Shown: piece by piece, positions 34,893 through 43,776 of the stretch
Layout of the letters: each line of letters begins with the position of its first letter
Position numbering within the stretch: the first letter of the stretch is position 1
DNA from: Oscillospiraceae bacterium
Lineage (GTDB): Bacteria > Bacillota > Clostridia > Oscillospirales > Acutalibacteraceae
Assembly: GCA_015066465.1 (NCBI GenBank)
Contig: SVOI01000002.1
Coordinates: 44,154-108,153, forward strand
DNA length: 64,000 nt
Reading direction: 5' to 3'
Notes under the pieces: generated by a model
The model's input: only the letters and a program-made list of their open reading frames with translations
Told to the model about the DNA's origin: nothing
Database searches by the model: none
Made by a program: the position numbers and the translations under genes

Positions 34893-35435
34893 TTATTTTC
34901 GACTATTTAAGTGCTTTTCAGCCTTTAAAATCAACGTTTGTGTTTTTGAGTCCTTTATCGAACCATTCATCACCATATCAACTGCTTCTGTAAGTGGTAT
35001 CTCTGAAACGTTAATAAATTCATCCTCATCTAAGTCCTGCTCACCTGAAACCAAGTCAGTTGCTAAATATAAATGAATAATTTCGTCGATTAGTGCAGGT
35101 GTAGTATACATTTCGCCTAAATAAATAATATTATTAGCACTAAGTCCTGTTTCTTCACGAAGCTCACGCTTTGCAGCCTCTAAAGGCAGTTCACCTTTAT
35201 CGAGCTTACCTGCAGGCGCCTCAAGAGTAACTTTATTAAAAGCATATCTGAACTGGTTAACAAAAATGATATTACCTTCATCTGTAATAGGAAGAACACA
35301 AACAGCCCCAGGATGTCTGATAACTTCTCTTACACCTTGTTTTCCATTTGGTAATAACACTTCATCGCGATATAAATGAATTGCAACACCATCGAAGATT
35401 TCTTCTGAAGAAAGCTTTTTTTCTGTTAATTCCAT
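34893..35435 (-). CDS. NUDIX hydrolase (ADP-ribose pyrophosphatase-like)
   Basis: 180 aa. Nudix box GKLDKGELPLEAAKRELREETG. Confidence 0.88.
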   Translation of the reverse strand: MELTEKKLSSEEIFDGVAIHLYRDEVLLPNGKQGVREVIRHPGAVCVLPITDEGNIIFVNQFRYAFNKVTLEAPAGKLDKGELPLEAAKRELREETGLSANNIIYLGEMYTTPALIDEIIHLYLATDLVSGEQDLDEDEFINVSEIPLTEAVDMVMNGSIKDSKTQTLILKAEKHLNSRK

Positions 35436-35540
35436 ATTAACACAACCTTTTTATCATATAAGTTTATTTTACCATATAATATTTTTTCTTGCAACAATTA
35501 TAAATACATTATATAATAGTTTATAAAAGAGGTGTTTTTA

Positions 35541-36149
35541 ATGCATTTATATATAATAAGACATGGCGAAACTTACGGAAATCTTAACGGTGATGGTTTT
35601 ACTGAAACCGATTTAACTGATAACGGCTTAAGACAAGCATTTCTTTTAGGTGAACGCTTCAAAGATGAAAGAATTGATGCTATTTACACGAGCACGTTAA
35701 TAAGAGCTGTAAGAACAGGTGGCGAAATTTATAAATACCATAAAAACGCTAATTTTAACATTTTTACGACATTGATGGAAAAAGGTACTGACAAAGATTA
35801 CACAGGGCTCCCAGACGATGTATTGCAGAATATTGTACCAGATGCAGTAATACGTGACAGAACGCCATTAGGTGAAGAAGACCAACTAAAAGCTCTTGAG
35901 AGAGCAAAAAAGGTTATCAATACAATTCTCTCTGAAAATGACGATAACAGTAATGTTGTTATTGTCGCCCACGGTATGTTTAATACATATTTAATATTAG
36001 CCGCTACTGGTTTAGGTTTAATTCCTGATTTTAATTTTTCACAAAATAACACAGGTGTTACACTTATTCGTTATTTATATGAAAATGGGGTAAAAAAGAC
36101 TAAATTGACTTACGTGAATGACTGTACACATTTAATTTCCAATTTCTAA
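35541..36149 (+). CDS. Histidine phosphatase family protein (phosphoglycerate-mutase-like)
   Basis: LYIIRHGETYGN catalytic RHG motif and VVIVAHG. Start set at the ATG 6 nt after AAGAGGTG; the ORF track starts at a GTG inside the RBS. Confidence 0.85.
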   Translation: MHLYIIRHGETYGNLNGDGFTETDLTDNGLRQAFLLGERFKDERIDAIYTSTLIRAVRTGGEIYKYHKNANFNIFTTLMEKGTDKDYTGLPDDVLQNIVPDAVIRDRTPLGEEDQLKALERAKKVINTILSENDDNSNVVIVAHGMFNTYLILAATGLGLIPDFNFSQNNTGVTLIRYLYENGVKKTKLTYVNDCTHLISNF

Positions 36150-36172
36150 TTCCTAATTCCTATTTTCTAAAT

Positions 36173-36206
36173 AAAAAAAGCTTCGCATAAGCGAAGCTTT
36201 TTTTAT
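36173..36206. terminator. Bidirectional terminator (phosphatase gene / rnpB)
   Basis: AAAAAAAGCTTCGC-ataa-GCGAAGCTTTTTTT. Confidence 0.8.
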
Positions 36207-36209
36207 TAT

Positions 36210-36556
36210 ATAAGTCGGTAAAACTGTAAGCCGGGTTTTGTCGTTTAAGGCAATCATCTATCTACACCTTGCGTTGCCACAAGGTTCAAGCCACCCTTCG
36301 GGGTTGCGAATACATCGCTGTCCGGCAAACTCCCCATTCGGTGTTGCATCGAGTAGGGTTTACATGGCAGTATTGTCTCCAATACCCCGGTGAGCTCTTA
36401 CCTCGCCTTTCCACCCTTACCGTAAAAAACGGCGGTATATCTCTGTTGCACTTTCCCTAAGGTTACCCTCGGCGGCCGTTAGCCGTTACTCTGCCGTGTG
36501 ATGCCCGGACTTTCCTCGTCTGTGTTACCACATCCGCGACTGCCCATTTTACCGAT
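36210..36556 (-). ncRNA. rnpB: RNase P RNA
   Basis: Minus strand carries the universal GAGGAAAGTCCGGGC (P4/CR-I) and ACAAAACCCGGCTTA (CR-V) blocks. P1 pairing TCGGTAAAA/TTTTACCGA joins the ends. The GC-rich structured island has its own promoter. Confidence 0.92.
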
Positions 36557-36561
36557 AACTT

Positions 36562-36590
36562 ATTTTATTACATTTCTTTTTATTCGTCAA
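36562..36590 (-). promoter_or_regulatory. SigA-type promoter of rnpB
   Basis: Minus strand reads TTGACG (36585-36590), a 17-nt spacer, then TAAAAT (36562-36567). Confidence 0.65.
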
Positions 36591-36641
36591 GGTCGATATT
36601 TTCAGCCCTTGTATTTTTCAAAAACGTTAAAACGCCTTATT

Positions 36642-37478
36642 TTAAGCCATTCTCATCGATATATCAAAAGCAGTAACCGAATGAGTCAAAGCACCTATTG
36701 AAAGAATATCAACACCTAAAAGCGCTACTGAACGAAGTCTTTCTGGTGTTAAGTTACCAGAAGCTTCGAGTAAAGCTTTTTTATTTACGATTTTTACTGC
36801 CTCTGCCATAGTATCATTATCCATATTATCAAGCATGATAATATCTGCGCCAGCAGAAAGTGCTTCTTTAACTTCTTCTAAGGTTCTTGTTTCAACTTCA
36901 ATCTTAACAGTATGGCCTATTTTTTCTCTCAAGGCTTTGACTGCAGGGGTAATTCCACCTTTTGCATCAATGTGATTATCTTTAAGCATAGCACAGTCAG
37001 ATAAATTATAACGGTGATTTTTACCTCCACCACAAGTAACAGCATATTTCTGAAGTGAGCGAAGACCTGGTAAAGTCTTTCTTGTATCTGCAATAGTTGC
37101 TTCTGTTCCTTCAATCTGCTTTACACATTCATTTGTAAGAGTTGCAATACCACTCATATGCTGAAGAAGATTAAGTGCAGTTCTTTCACCTTTTAAAAGA
37201 TAAATAGTTCTGCCCTCTATTTCTGCTATTATATCGCCTTTTTTGACATTTTCACCGTCTTTTTGATATAAAGTATATGTAAACTCTTCATCTAAAAGAC
37301 TGAAAACTCTCATTGCAACTTCTATACCACAAAGCACACCATCTGCTTTTGCAATAAACTTTGCTTTGCTTTTTTCGTTTTCATCGAGTAAATAATCAGT
37401 AGCAACGTCAATATAGTTTATATCTTCACTTATTGCTCTTTTAATTACATCATCTACATAAAATTGTGGCAAAATCAT
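36642..37478 (-). CDS. nadC: Nicotinate-nucleotide pyrophosphorylase (quinolinate phosphoribosyltransferase)
   Basis: 278 aa. GERTALNLLQHMSGIAT, DTRKT.PGLR, MLDN motifs. Confidence 0.93.
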   Translation of the reverse strand: MILPQFYVDDVIKRAISEDINYIDVATDYLLDENEKSKAKFIAKADGVLCGIEVAMRVFSLLDEEFTYTLYQKDGENVKKGDIIAEIEGRTIYLLKGERTALNLLQHMSGIATLTNECVKQIEGTEATIADTRKTLPGLRSLQKYAVTCGGGKNHRYNLSDCAMLKDNHIDAKGGITPAVKALREKIGHTVKIEVETRTLEEVKEALSAGADIIMLDNMDNDTMAEAVKIVNKKALLEASGNLTPERLRSVALLGVDILSIGALTHSVTAFDISMRMA

Positions 37479-38953
37479 TTGTCTGCCTCCCTTAAAATAA
37501 TATAAGCAACTGTTGCGAGAGAAAGTGCCTCACAATAGTCTGACGTTACGGCAAATTTACCATTTCTCAATCTGTTAAGAATTGATTCAATTCGCTTTTT
37601 ACCCTGATGAATTGCACCCTCATCTGGTATTACAAAATATGCTTTTTGCATTATTTCTCTTATTTCTGTTCTTGTGCCTTTAGGTAATGGAGCACCACTG
37701 TAATCAGTTGTTTCTTCAGGTTGCTCCTTTACTGCATAGAAATTAGCGTTTATACATCTCATAATATCTTCTGCTGCACGTCTGCCGAAAACAAGTGCTT
37801 CTAAAAGTGAATTACTTGCAAGTCGGTTTTTTCCGTGCACACCAGTACAAGCACACTCACCTGCTGCATAAAGTCTTGGCAAGGTTGTTTTTGCATTGAG
37901 GTCAGTTTCAATACCACCCATAAGGTAATGCTGACACGGGAAGATTGGTATCAAATCCTTACTTATATCAACACCTTGAGCCAAACATCCTGCATAAATA
38001 CCAGGAAAACGTTTTTTAAGATACTCTTCGCCTTTATAACGGATATCAAGATAAAAGTTATTACTACCAAGTCTTCTTGATTCCATAATAATTGAGCGTG
38101 AAACAACATCTCTCGGTGCTAATTCAAGACGATTGTCATATCTGTCCATAAAGCGTTCCTTGTTAGAGTTTAAAAGATACGCACCCTCACCACGAACTGC
38201 TTCACTTATCAAGAACTGCTCACGGTTAGCACCATTAAATGCTGTCGGATGGAACTGCACGTAACTTAAATTTTTAATTGATGCACCCATTTCATAAGCT
38301 AATCTTATTCCGTCGCCTGTTGCAACAGATGGGTTAGTTGTGTATTTATAAACTCTGCCTATACCACCTGATGCCAAAAGACAGAATGAAGCATAAACAG
38401 TTTTAAACTCTTCATCACGCATAATAGTCGCTTTAAAACCGTTGGTAATTCTCGACATAGACGTTACCATTGTATTATCTAAGAGAGTGACGTTTGGCAA
38501 TTTTTCAACCGCCAGCATCAATTTATCTACCATTTCTTTACCGGACGTGTCTTTATGGTGAAGAATTCTTCTTTTAGAGTGACCACCTTCAAGTGTTTTA
38601 ATGAGATTGCCATTTTCATCTCTATCGTACTCTACGCCATAATCTATTGTGCGAAGAACATCTTTGGGACCTTCTTCAACTAAAACTCTTACTGCATCTG
38701 AATCATTTTCATTTTTACCTGCAATTAAAGTATCATCAAAATGAAAATCGTAACTATCATTTTCTAAATCGAGCACACAAGCAACGCCACCCTGTGCTAA
38801 AGAGCTGTTTGAAATGTGACGTTCTTTTTTTGAAAGCATAAGTATGTTTACCGTAGATGGAAAGTTAAGCGCTGCATAAAGCCCTGCTATACCACTACCT
38901 ACGATTACAACGTCATATGCTCTTTTAAGTTCAGAAAGTTTCATTTTCATCAA
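37475..38953 (-). CDS. nadB: L-aspartate oxidase
   Basis: 492 aa. FAD motif VVIVGSGIAGLYAAL, FHPTA, GRNRLASNSLLE. 4-nt overlaps with both neighbours. Confidence 0.93.
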   Translation of the reverse strand: MMKMKLSELKRAYDVVIVGSGIAGLYAALNFPSTVNILMLSKKERHISNSSLAQGGVACVLDLENDSYDFHFDDTLIAGKNENDSDAVRVLVEEGPKDVLRTIDYGVEYDRDENGNLIKTLEGGHSKRRILHHKDTSGKEMVDKLMLAVEKLPNVTLLDNTMVTSMSRITNGFKATIMRDEEFKTVYASFCLLASGGIGRVYKYTTNPSVATGDGIRLAYEMGASIKNLSYVQFHPTAFNGANREQFLISEAVRGEGAYLLNSNKERFMDRYDNRLELAPRDVVSRSIIMESRRLGSNNFYLDIRYKGEEYLKKRFPGIYAGCLAQGVDISKDLIPIFPCQHYLMGGIETDLNAKTTLPRLYAAGECACTGVHGKNRLASNSLLEALVFGRRAAEDIMRCINANFYAVKEQPEETTDYSGAPLPKGTRTEIREIMQKAYFVIPDEGAIHQGKKRIESILNRLRNGKFAVTSDYCEALSLATVAYIILREADK

Positions 38954-39867
38954 CCTAATTCTAACATTTTATCAATACTTCTAAGTGCTTTTTTTCTCAA
39001 AACTTCATCTAATTCAATACTCTCGCCTTGTTCACCAATTACTGCACGGTAAACGTCATTGAGTGTTGTAATTTTCATATCCTCACAAACGAGCTTTTCT
39101 CTTGAAAGCTGAATAAATCTTTCACCATTCTCTTCGTGCGTTGAAAGATAATCTACAACACCGATTTCTGTGCCTATAATAACCTTACCACTCTGACTTT
39201 TCGCGAATTTAATAATCTCAGAGGTTGCACCAATCATATCGGCGTGCTCTAAAACCTCTTCAGGAGATTCAGGATGCACTGCAAAAAGAGCTTCTGGGTG
39301 TTCTTTTTTGAGTTCGATAATATCTTCTTTTGTGAGTTTATTATGAACAGGACAGTAACCATCCCAGAGAATAATATTTTTTTCAGGTATCTGTTTCTTT
39401 ACGTAAGAACCTAAATTTTTATCAGGAATAAAAAGAATATCTTTATTAGGGAGTGCTTTTACAATCTTTAATGCAGAAGAGCTTGTAACACAAACGTCAC
39501 ACTCAGCCTTTAAAGCGGCAGTAGTATTTATATAAGCAACAACTGCTGTATCAGGGTTATTCTTCTTAAATTCACGTACTCTTTCAGGTGAAATCTGCTC
39601 TGCCATAAGACAAGTTGCAGATGGAACTGGTAATACAACCTCAGTTTCTGGTGAAAGAATTTTCACACTCTCAGCCATAAACCTTACGCCACACATTATA
39701 ACTCGTTTTTCTTTTAAATCCTTCGCTTTCTGACTTAAAAAGAAGCTGTCGCCTGTTATATTAGCAATGTCAATAATATCAGGATTTTGATAAGTGTGAG
39801 CAAGTATTACTGTATCACGTTTTTTGGCTTCTTCTACAATTTTTGATTTTAATTCGCTGACTCTCAT
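38950..39867 (-). CDS. nadA: Quinolinate synthase
   Basis: 305 aa. ILAHTYQNPDI, VRFMAESVKIL, and Cys ligand contexts (TCLMAEQ, CPVH). Confidence 0.93.
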   Translation of the reverse strand: MRVSELKSKIVEEAKKRDTVILAHTYQNPDIIDIANITGDSFFLSQKAKDLKEKRVIMCGVRFMAESVKILSPETEVVLPVPSATCLMAEQISPERVREFKKNNPDTAVVAYINTTAALKAECDVCVTSSSALKIVKALPNKDILFIPDKNLGSYVKKQIPEKNIILWDGYCPVHNKLTKEDIIELKKEHPEALFAVHPESPEEVLEHADMIGATSEIIKFAKSQSGKVIIGTEIGVVDYLSTHEENGERFIQLSREKLVCEDMKITTLNDVYRAVIGEQGESIELDEVLRKKALRSIDKMLELG

Positions 39868-39928
39868 AAATCATACCCCTTTGATACAATTATATAGCAC
39901 CAAATTTTCCTATTATAATTATACCATT

Positions 39929-39954
39929 AATTTAATATAACACAATATTAAATT
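39929..39954. promoter_or_regulatory. Perfect 10-6-10 palindrome upstream of nadA (candidate operator)
   Basis: AATTTAATAT-aacaca-ATATTAAATT, 62-87 nt upstream of the nadA start. It overlaps the predicted -35 region of the TATAAT boxes at 39912-39923. Confidence 0.4.
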
Positions 39955-40038
39955 TCCCAAAAAATTGAGTTTATATTTAAAGCTTTTTGTAAATAACTTA
40001 AAACTTTTTTGAATTAAAGAATAACCAGAACTTAGCTA

Positions 40039-40067
40039 TTGCAATAAATTGATGGTTATTGTAAAAT
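40039..40067 (+). promoter_or_regulatory. SigA-type promoter of glyA
   Basis: TTGCAA (40039-40044), a 17-nt spacer, then TAAAAT (40062-40067). Confidence 0.55.
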
Positions 40068-40105
40068 ATAAAAGTATTAATTTCTTATATTGGAGAAAGA
40101 AAGCT

Positions 40106-41356
40106 ATGAATTATTATCTCGAAAAAAACTTTGAACTTTTACAAACAAGCGATGAGGAATTATTCTCTGCTTTTCAGAGCGAAATGGAACGTCAGGAAAG
40201 AAACATTGAGCTTATCGCAAGTGAAAACTACACTTCACCCGCTGTTATGGCAGCTTCAGGCAGTATTCTCACAAATAAATATGCTGAAGGTTATCCTTCT
40301 AAAAGATATTACGGCGGTTGTGAATGTGTTGACGTTGCAGAAAACCTTGCAATAGAAAGAGCAAAGAAGCTTTTTAACTGTAATTTTGCAAACGTTCAGC
40401 CACACTCTGGTTCACAAGCGAACTTCGCAGTATATTTTGCCCTTTTAAAACCAGGTGACACTGTTTTAGGTATGAGTCTTGCCGATGGCGGTCACTTAAC
40501 TCACGGTTCACCAGTTAACGTAAGCGGTAGCTACTTCAATTTTGAAAGCTATGGCGTAGATGAAAATGGTTACTTGGACTACGAGGCACTCGAAAGAAAA
40601 GCAACTGAATGCAAACCAAAAATGATTGTAGCTGGTGCTTCTGCATACCCAAGAACTATTGATTTTAAAAAAATAAAAGAAATCGCTGACAGCGTCAACG
40701 CTCTTTTTATGGTTGATATGGCACACATTGCTGGTCTTGTTGCAAGTGGTATGCACCCTTCCCCAATTCCTTATGCAGACGTTGTTACATCTACAACTCA
40801 CAAAACTCTTCGTGGTCCACGTGGTGGTCTTATTCTTACAAACAATGAAGAAATTGCTACAAAAGTCAATAAAGCTATCTTCCCTGGTATTCAGGGTGGC
40901 CCATTAATGCACATTGTCGCTGCAAAGGCTATCTGCTTTGGTGAAGCATTAAGACCTGAATTCAAAGAATATGGTAAAAGAATTATTTCTAACTGTAAAG
41001 CACTTGAAAATTCACTTTGTGCGCAAGGTATTGATATGGTTTCAGGCGGTTCAGATAACCACTTGCTTTTACTTGATTTACGTTCACTTAACATTACTGG
41101 TAAAGAATTAGAGCACAGACTTGATAACGTTTATATCACAACAAATAAAAACTCTATTCCGAACGACCCACAAAAACCATTTGTTACAAGCGGTATAAGA
41201 ATTGGTACTGCAGCAGTTTCTACAAGAGGCTTTGGTGCTCACGAAATGGTAAAAATTGCTGAATTCATTAAATTAGCGGCAACTGATTACGAAAACGACA
41301 TTGATTATATCCGTAATTGTGTAACAGAAATCTGCAACAAATACCCACTTTATTAA
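40106..41356 (+). CDS. glyA: Serine hydroxymethyltransferase
   Basis: PLP-lysine motif [16 protein letters not shown]. Start set at [12 protein letters not shown] after GGAGAAAG; the ORF track begins 19 codons earlier. Confidence 0.96.
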   Translation: MNYYLEKNFELLQTSDEELFSAFQSEMERQERNIELIASENYTSPAVMAASGSILTNKYAEGYPSKRYYGGCECVDVAENLAIERAKKLFNCNFANVQPHSGSQANFAVYFALLKPGDTVLGMSLADGGHLTHGSPVNVSGSYFNFESYGVDENGYLDYEALERKATECKPKMIVAGASAYPRTIDFKKIKEIADSVNALFMVDMAHIAGLVASGMHPSPIPYADVVTSTTHKTLRGPRGGLILTNNEEIATKVNKAIFPGIQGGPLMHIVAAKAICFGEALRPEFKEYGKRIISNCKALENSLCAQGIDMVSGGSDNHLLLLDLRSLNITGKELEHRLDNVYITTNKNSIPNDPQKPFVTSGIRIGTAAVSTRGFGAHEMVKIAEFIKLAATDYENDIDYIRNCVTEICNKYPLY

Positions 41357-41362
41357 AATATA

Positions 41363-41405
41363 AAAAAGCAAACGGCAACGAGTATAACACTCGTTGCCGT
41401 TTACT
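41363..41405. terminator. Bidirectional terminator (glyA / hpf)
   Basis: AAACGGCAACGAG-tataaca-CTCGTTGCCGTTT, flanked by an A-run and T-rich sequence. Confidence 0.8.
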
Positions 41406-41440
41406 AATAAAGAAAGGAAAAATGAAAAATTACACACAAT

Positions 41441-41968
41441 TTAATCGTCATAATCAGGAACAATCAAACCGTAACCAGAATCTTTTCTGGTATATACTAC
41501 GTTCACAATTCCTGTATCTGCATTAAGAAACATATAGAATTGATGTCCCAAAAGATTCATTTGTAAAATTGCTTCTTCTACGCTTTGTGGTTTTAAAGCA
41601 ACTGTTTTTTCACGAATCAAATCAAATTCGGCTTCTTCTTCAACTTCTTCTATATTGAAATCTTCAAAAGTAACTTCACGAAGTTTCTTTTCAAGTCTCG
41701 TTTTATTTTTTCTTATCTGACGAACAAGAGAATCAACACACTCATCAAGAGCATCGTTAATATTTTCTGCTCGTTCTTCTGCACGGAAAATCATTCCGCC
41801 TTTGTTTACAGTAACTTCAACAGCCTGATAGTTTTTCTCAACTATTGCTGTAACTTTAGCTACTGCATCTTCGCCAAAGAGTTTTTCTACTTTTACAAGC
41901 CTTTTCTCAACTCTCGTGCGAAAATCTTCACGTGGGTTACATTTGCGACCAATAATAGTAATATTCAT
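41441..41968 (-). CDS. hpf: Ribosome hibernation-promoting factor (long HPF)
   Basis: S30AE N-domain (MNITIIGRK...) and C-terminal dimerisation domain (HQFYMFLNADTGIVNVVYTRKDSGYGLI). Start set at the ATG after AAGGGGA. Confidence 0.92.
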   Translation of the reverse strand: MNITIIGRKCNPREDFRTRVEKRLVKVEKLFGEDAVAKVTAIVEKNYQAVEVTVNKGGMIFRAEERAENINDALDECVDSLVRQIRKNKTRLEKKLREVTFEDFNIEEVEEEAEFDLIREKTVALKPQSVEEAILQMNLLGHQFYMFLNADTGIVNVVYTRKDSGYGLIVPDYDD

Positions 41969-42002
41969 AGAAACATCCCCTTTGCTTATAGTTTCTATAT
42001 AA

Positions 42003-42031
42003 ATAATAACATTCTTAGGCGTAATTGTCAA
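42003..42031 (-). promoter_or_regulatory. SigA-type promoter of hpf
   Basis: Minus strand reads TTGACA (42026-42031), a 17-nt spacer, then TATTAT (42003-42008). Confidence 0.65.
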
Positions 42032-42064
42032 CAACTTTTGTTAAATTTGCACAGTTTTATTTTG

Positions 42065-42889
42065 CTATTTGGAATTATCGAGATTACGACGCCAATGAAA
42101 AAGGTATTGCTGTGCTATACCTTCTGTACCCTTTATACACTGAGGCAGACCATCAGGATATAGCTCGCTTACTATTCTTTTTACCCAGACATCCTGCGGG
42201 AAGGCCTCTAAACGTCCGAAACCATAAAGAAGTGCACATTGGGCAACCTTTTCACCTACACCCTTTATTTTAAGTAATTCTTGCTTCGCTTCTTCAAAGC
42301 TCATATTTTTAATTTCTTCAATATCAACCTCTTTGGTCGATATTTTCCGTGCAGCATCTAAAATATATTTTGCTCTGAAGCCTGACCTGATTACCCCTAA
42401 ATCATCCACTTCAAGCTCTGCTAATTTTTCAGGTGTAGGAAACGAAAAACGCTCGCCTACTCTTGCACCAAAATTTTCACACAATCTTTCTATAATACCC
42501 TTTATACGAGGAATATTATTATTAGCCGAAATAATAAAAGAGCAAATCGCTTCCCATTCATCCTGTTTCAATATTCTTATTCCGTTATATGCTTCGCAAG
42601 CGGAAATTAAACTTTTGTCATCATAACTATTTAAAATAGAAGCATAATCTCTTTCTAAATCAAAATATTCTTTCCATATTAAATTAAAATCTTCTTCAGT
42701 TGTATCATAAAAAATAATATTATTTTCATTTTGTTTTATTTTTAAATATTTATTTTTTACTACACCAGACCAGATATTATCATTTTCAACACGCCATCTG
42801 AACGCCTGACCACAATCGAGCGAAAGAGCAATATTAAAACATTCAATATTTTTAATTATTAAATTATTATTTTCTTTTATAATTTCCAA
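42065..42889 (-). CDS. ogg: 8-oxoguanine DNA glycosylase/AP lyase (Ogg, HhH-GPD family)
   Basis: 274 aa. N-terminal OGG_N-like LDCGQAFRW and HhH-GPD KIKGVGEKVAQCALLYG...FPQDVWVKR. Confidence 0.85.
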   Translation of the reverse strand: MEIIKENNNLIIKNIECFNIALSLDCGQAFRWRVENDNIWSGVVKNKYLKIKQNENNIIFYDTTEEDFNLIWKEYFDLERDYASILNSYDDKSLISACEAYNGIRILKQDEWEAICSFIISANNNIPRIKGIIERLCENFGARVGERFSFPTPEKLAELEVDDLGVIRSGFRAKYILDAARKISTKEVDIEEIKNMSFEEAKQELLKIKGVGEKVAQCALLYGFGRLEAFPQDVWVKRIVSELYPDGLPQCIKGTEGIAQQYLFHWRRNLDNSK

Positions 42890-43448
42890 TTAAACCACCA
42901 TTGAAAAAATATTTTTTATAATTTATAAAATAATTATATCATTAATAAATTAATCAATCAACTATTTTAAAAAATAAAAAAGCGTAAAATCTTATTTCAA
43001 AAAATTCTACTTTTTAACCATAAATTCGAGTTAAATTTCAGCACTTTTTCGCATTGGTAAAACTTAACAAATTTCTATAATTGATTAATTAAAAAATATT
43101 TTCCAAATTGTATAATTAAATATACAAGCATAACAAACTGTATATTTCTATTTTTTTGAATTTTTGTCAATTTCTCTGAAGAAAATGTCGAAAACCCATC
43201 TAAATAAACGTTTTGGGCTTAAGTTGTAAACATTTTGAACAGAGTTATGAACATTTTTTATTGATTTTTACACTTTTTCTATTATACTAAAAGTATAAAA
43301 TACTTGCATGTCATTTTGACAAACACGTAATTTGACAAATATTTTTATCGAATTTTAAATTAAATTCCTATTTATTTTTTATATATTCCTGAATATTTTT
43401 ACTCATTTTTTCAAAGTATATTTTATATATGAAAGCGAGGTATTTTTT

Positions 43449-43718
43449 ATGATAAAAGGAATCAATAAACAAGTTTTAGAAGTGCTAGAACCGAGTAACG
43501 ATTATTTTGAAAAAGCATTATTTTTTGTAAAACCTGAATATTCAGGTTATTCTGAAAATAAATTAAAAGAATTAGCACAAAACGAATTAAAATCCGCTTT
43601 AAAACCACCACTTCAAAAAACAACAAAAACTTTTAAAAACATTAAATTTTTTATCTCAGGATTATCTATATTTATTATTGGTATTTTTCTCGGATTTGTT
43701 TTATCATACTTTATTTGA
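43449..43718 (+). CDS. Hypothetical C-terminally membrane-anchored protein
   Basis: 89 aa with a GAGG RBS and C-terminal TM FFISGLSIFIIGIFLGFVLSYFI. Preceded by a 560-bp AT-rich intergenic region. Confidence 0.55.
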   Translation: MIKGINKQVLEVLEPSNDYFEKALFFVKPEYSGYSENKLKELAQNELKSALKPPLQKTTKTFKNIKFFISGLSIFIIGIFLGFVLSYFI

Positions 43719-43776
43719 AATTTTCGTTTATATGTGATAATATATTCTTATATTATCTTAGTAAACAGGAGTTCTT

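Noticed and set aside
36269-36701. Two plus-strand ORFs (63 and 67 aa) in a GC-rich island
   Set aside because: The island is RNase P RNA on the opposite strand (GAGGAAAGTCCGGGC and CR-V present). The ORFs are artefacts of the structured RNA gene.
43186-43192. Exact Spo0A box TGTCGAA in the 560-bp AT-rich region upstream of the 89-aa gene, plus tandem TTTGACAAA at 43315-43339
   Set aside because: A single 7-mer is expected by chance several times in 64 kb. The TTTGACAAA pair is more simply two overlapping -35-like hexamers. There is no supporting evidence for sporulation control.
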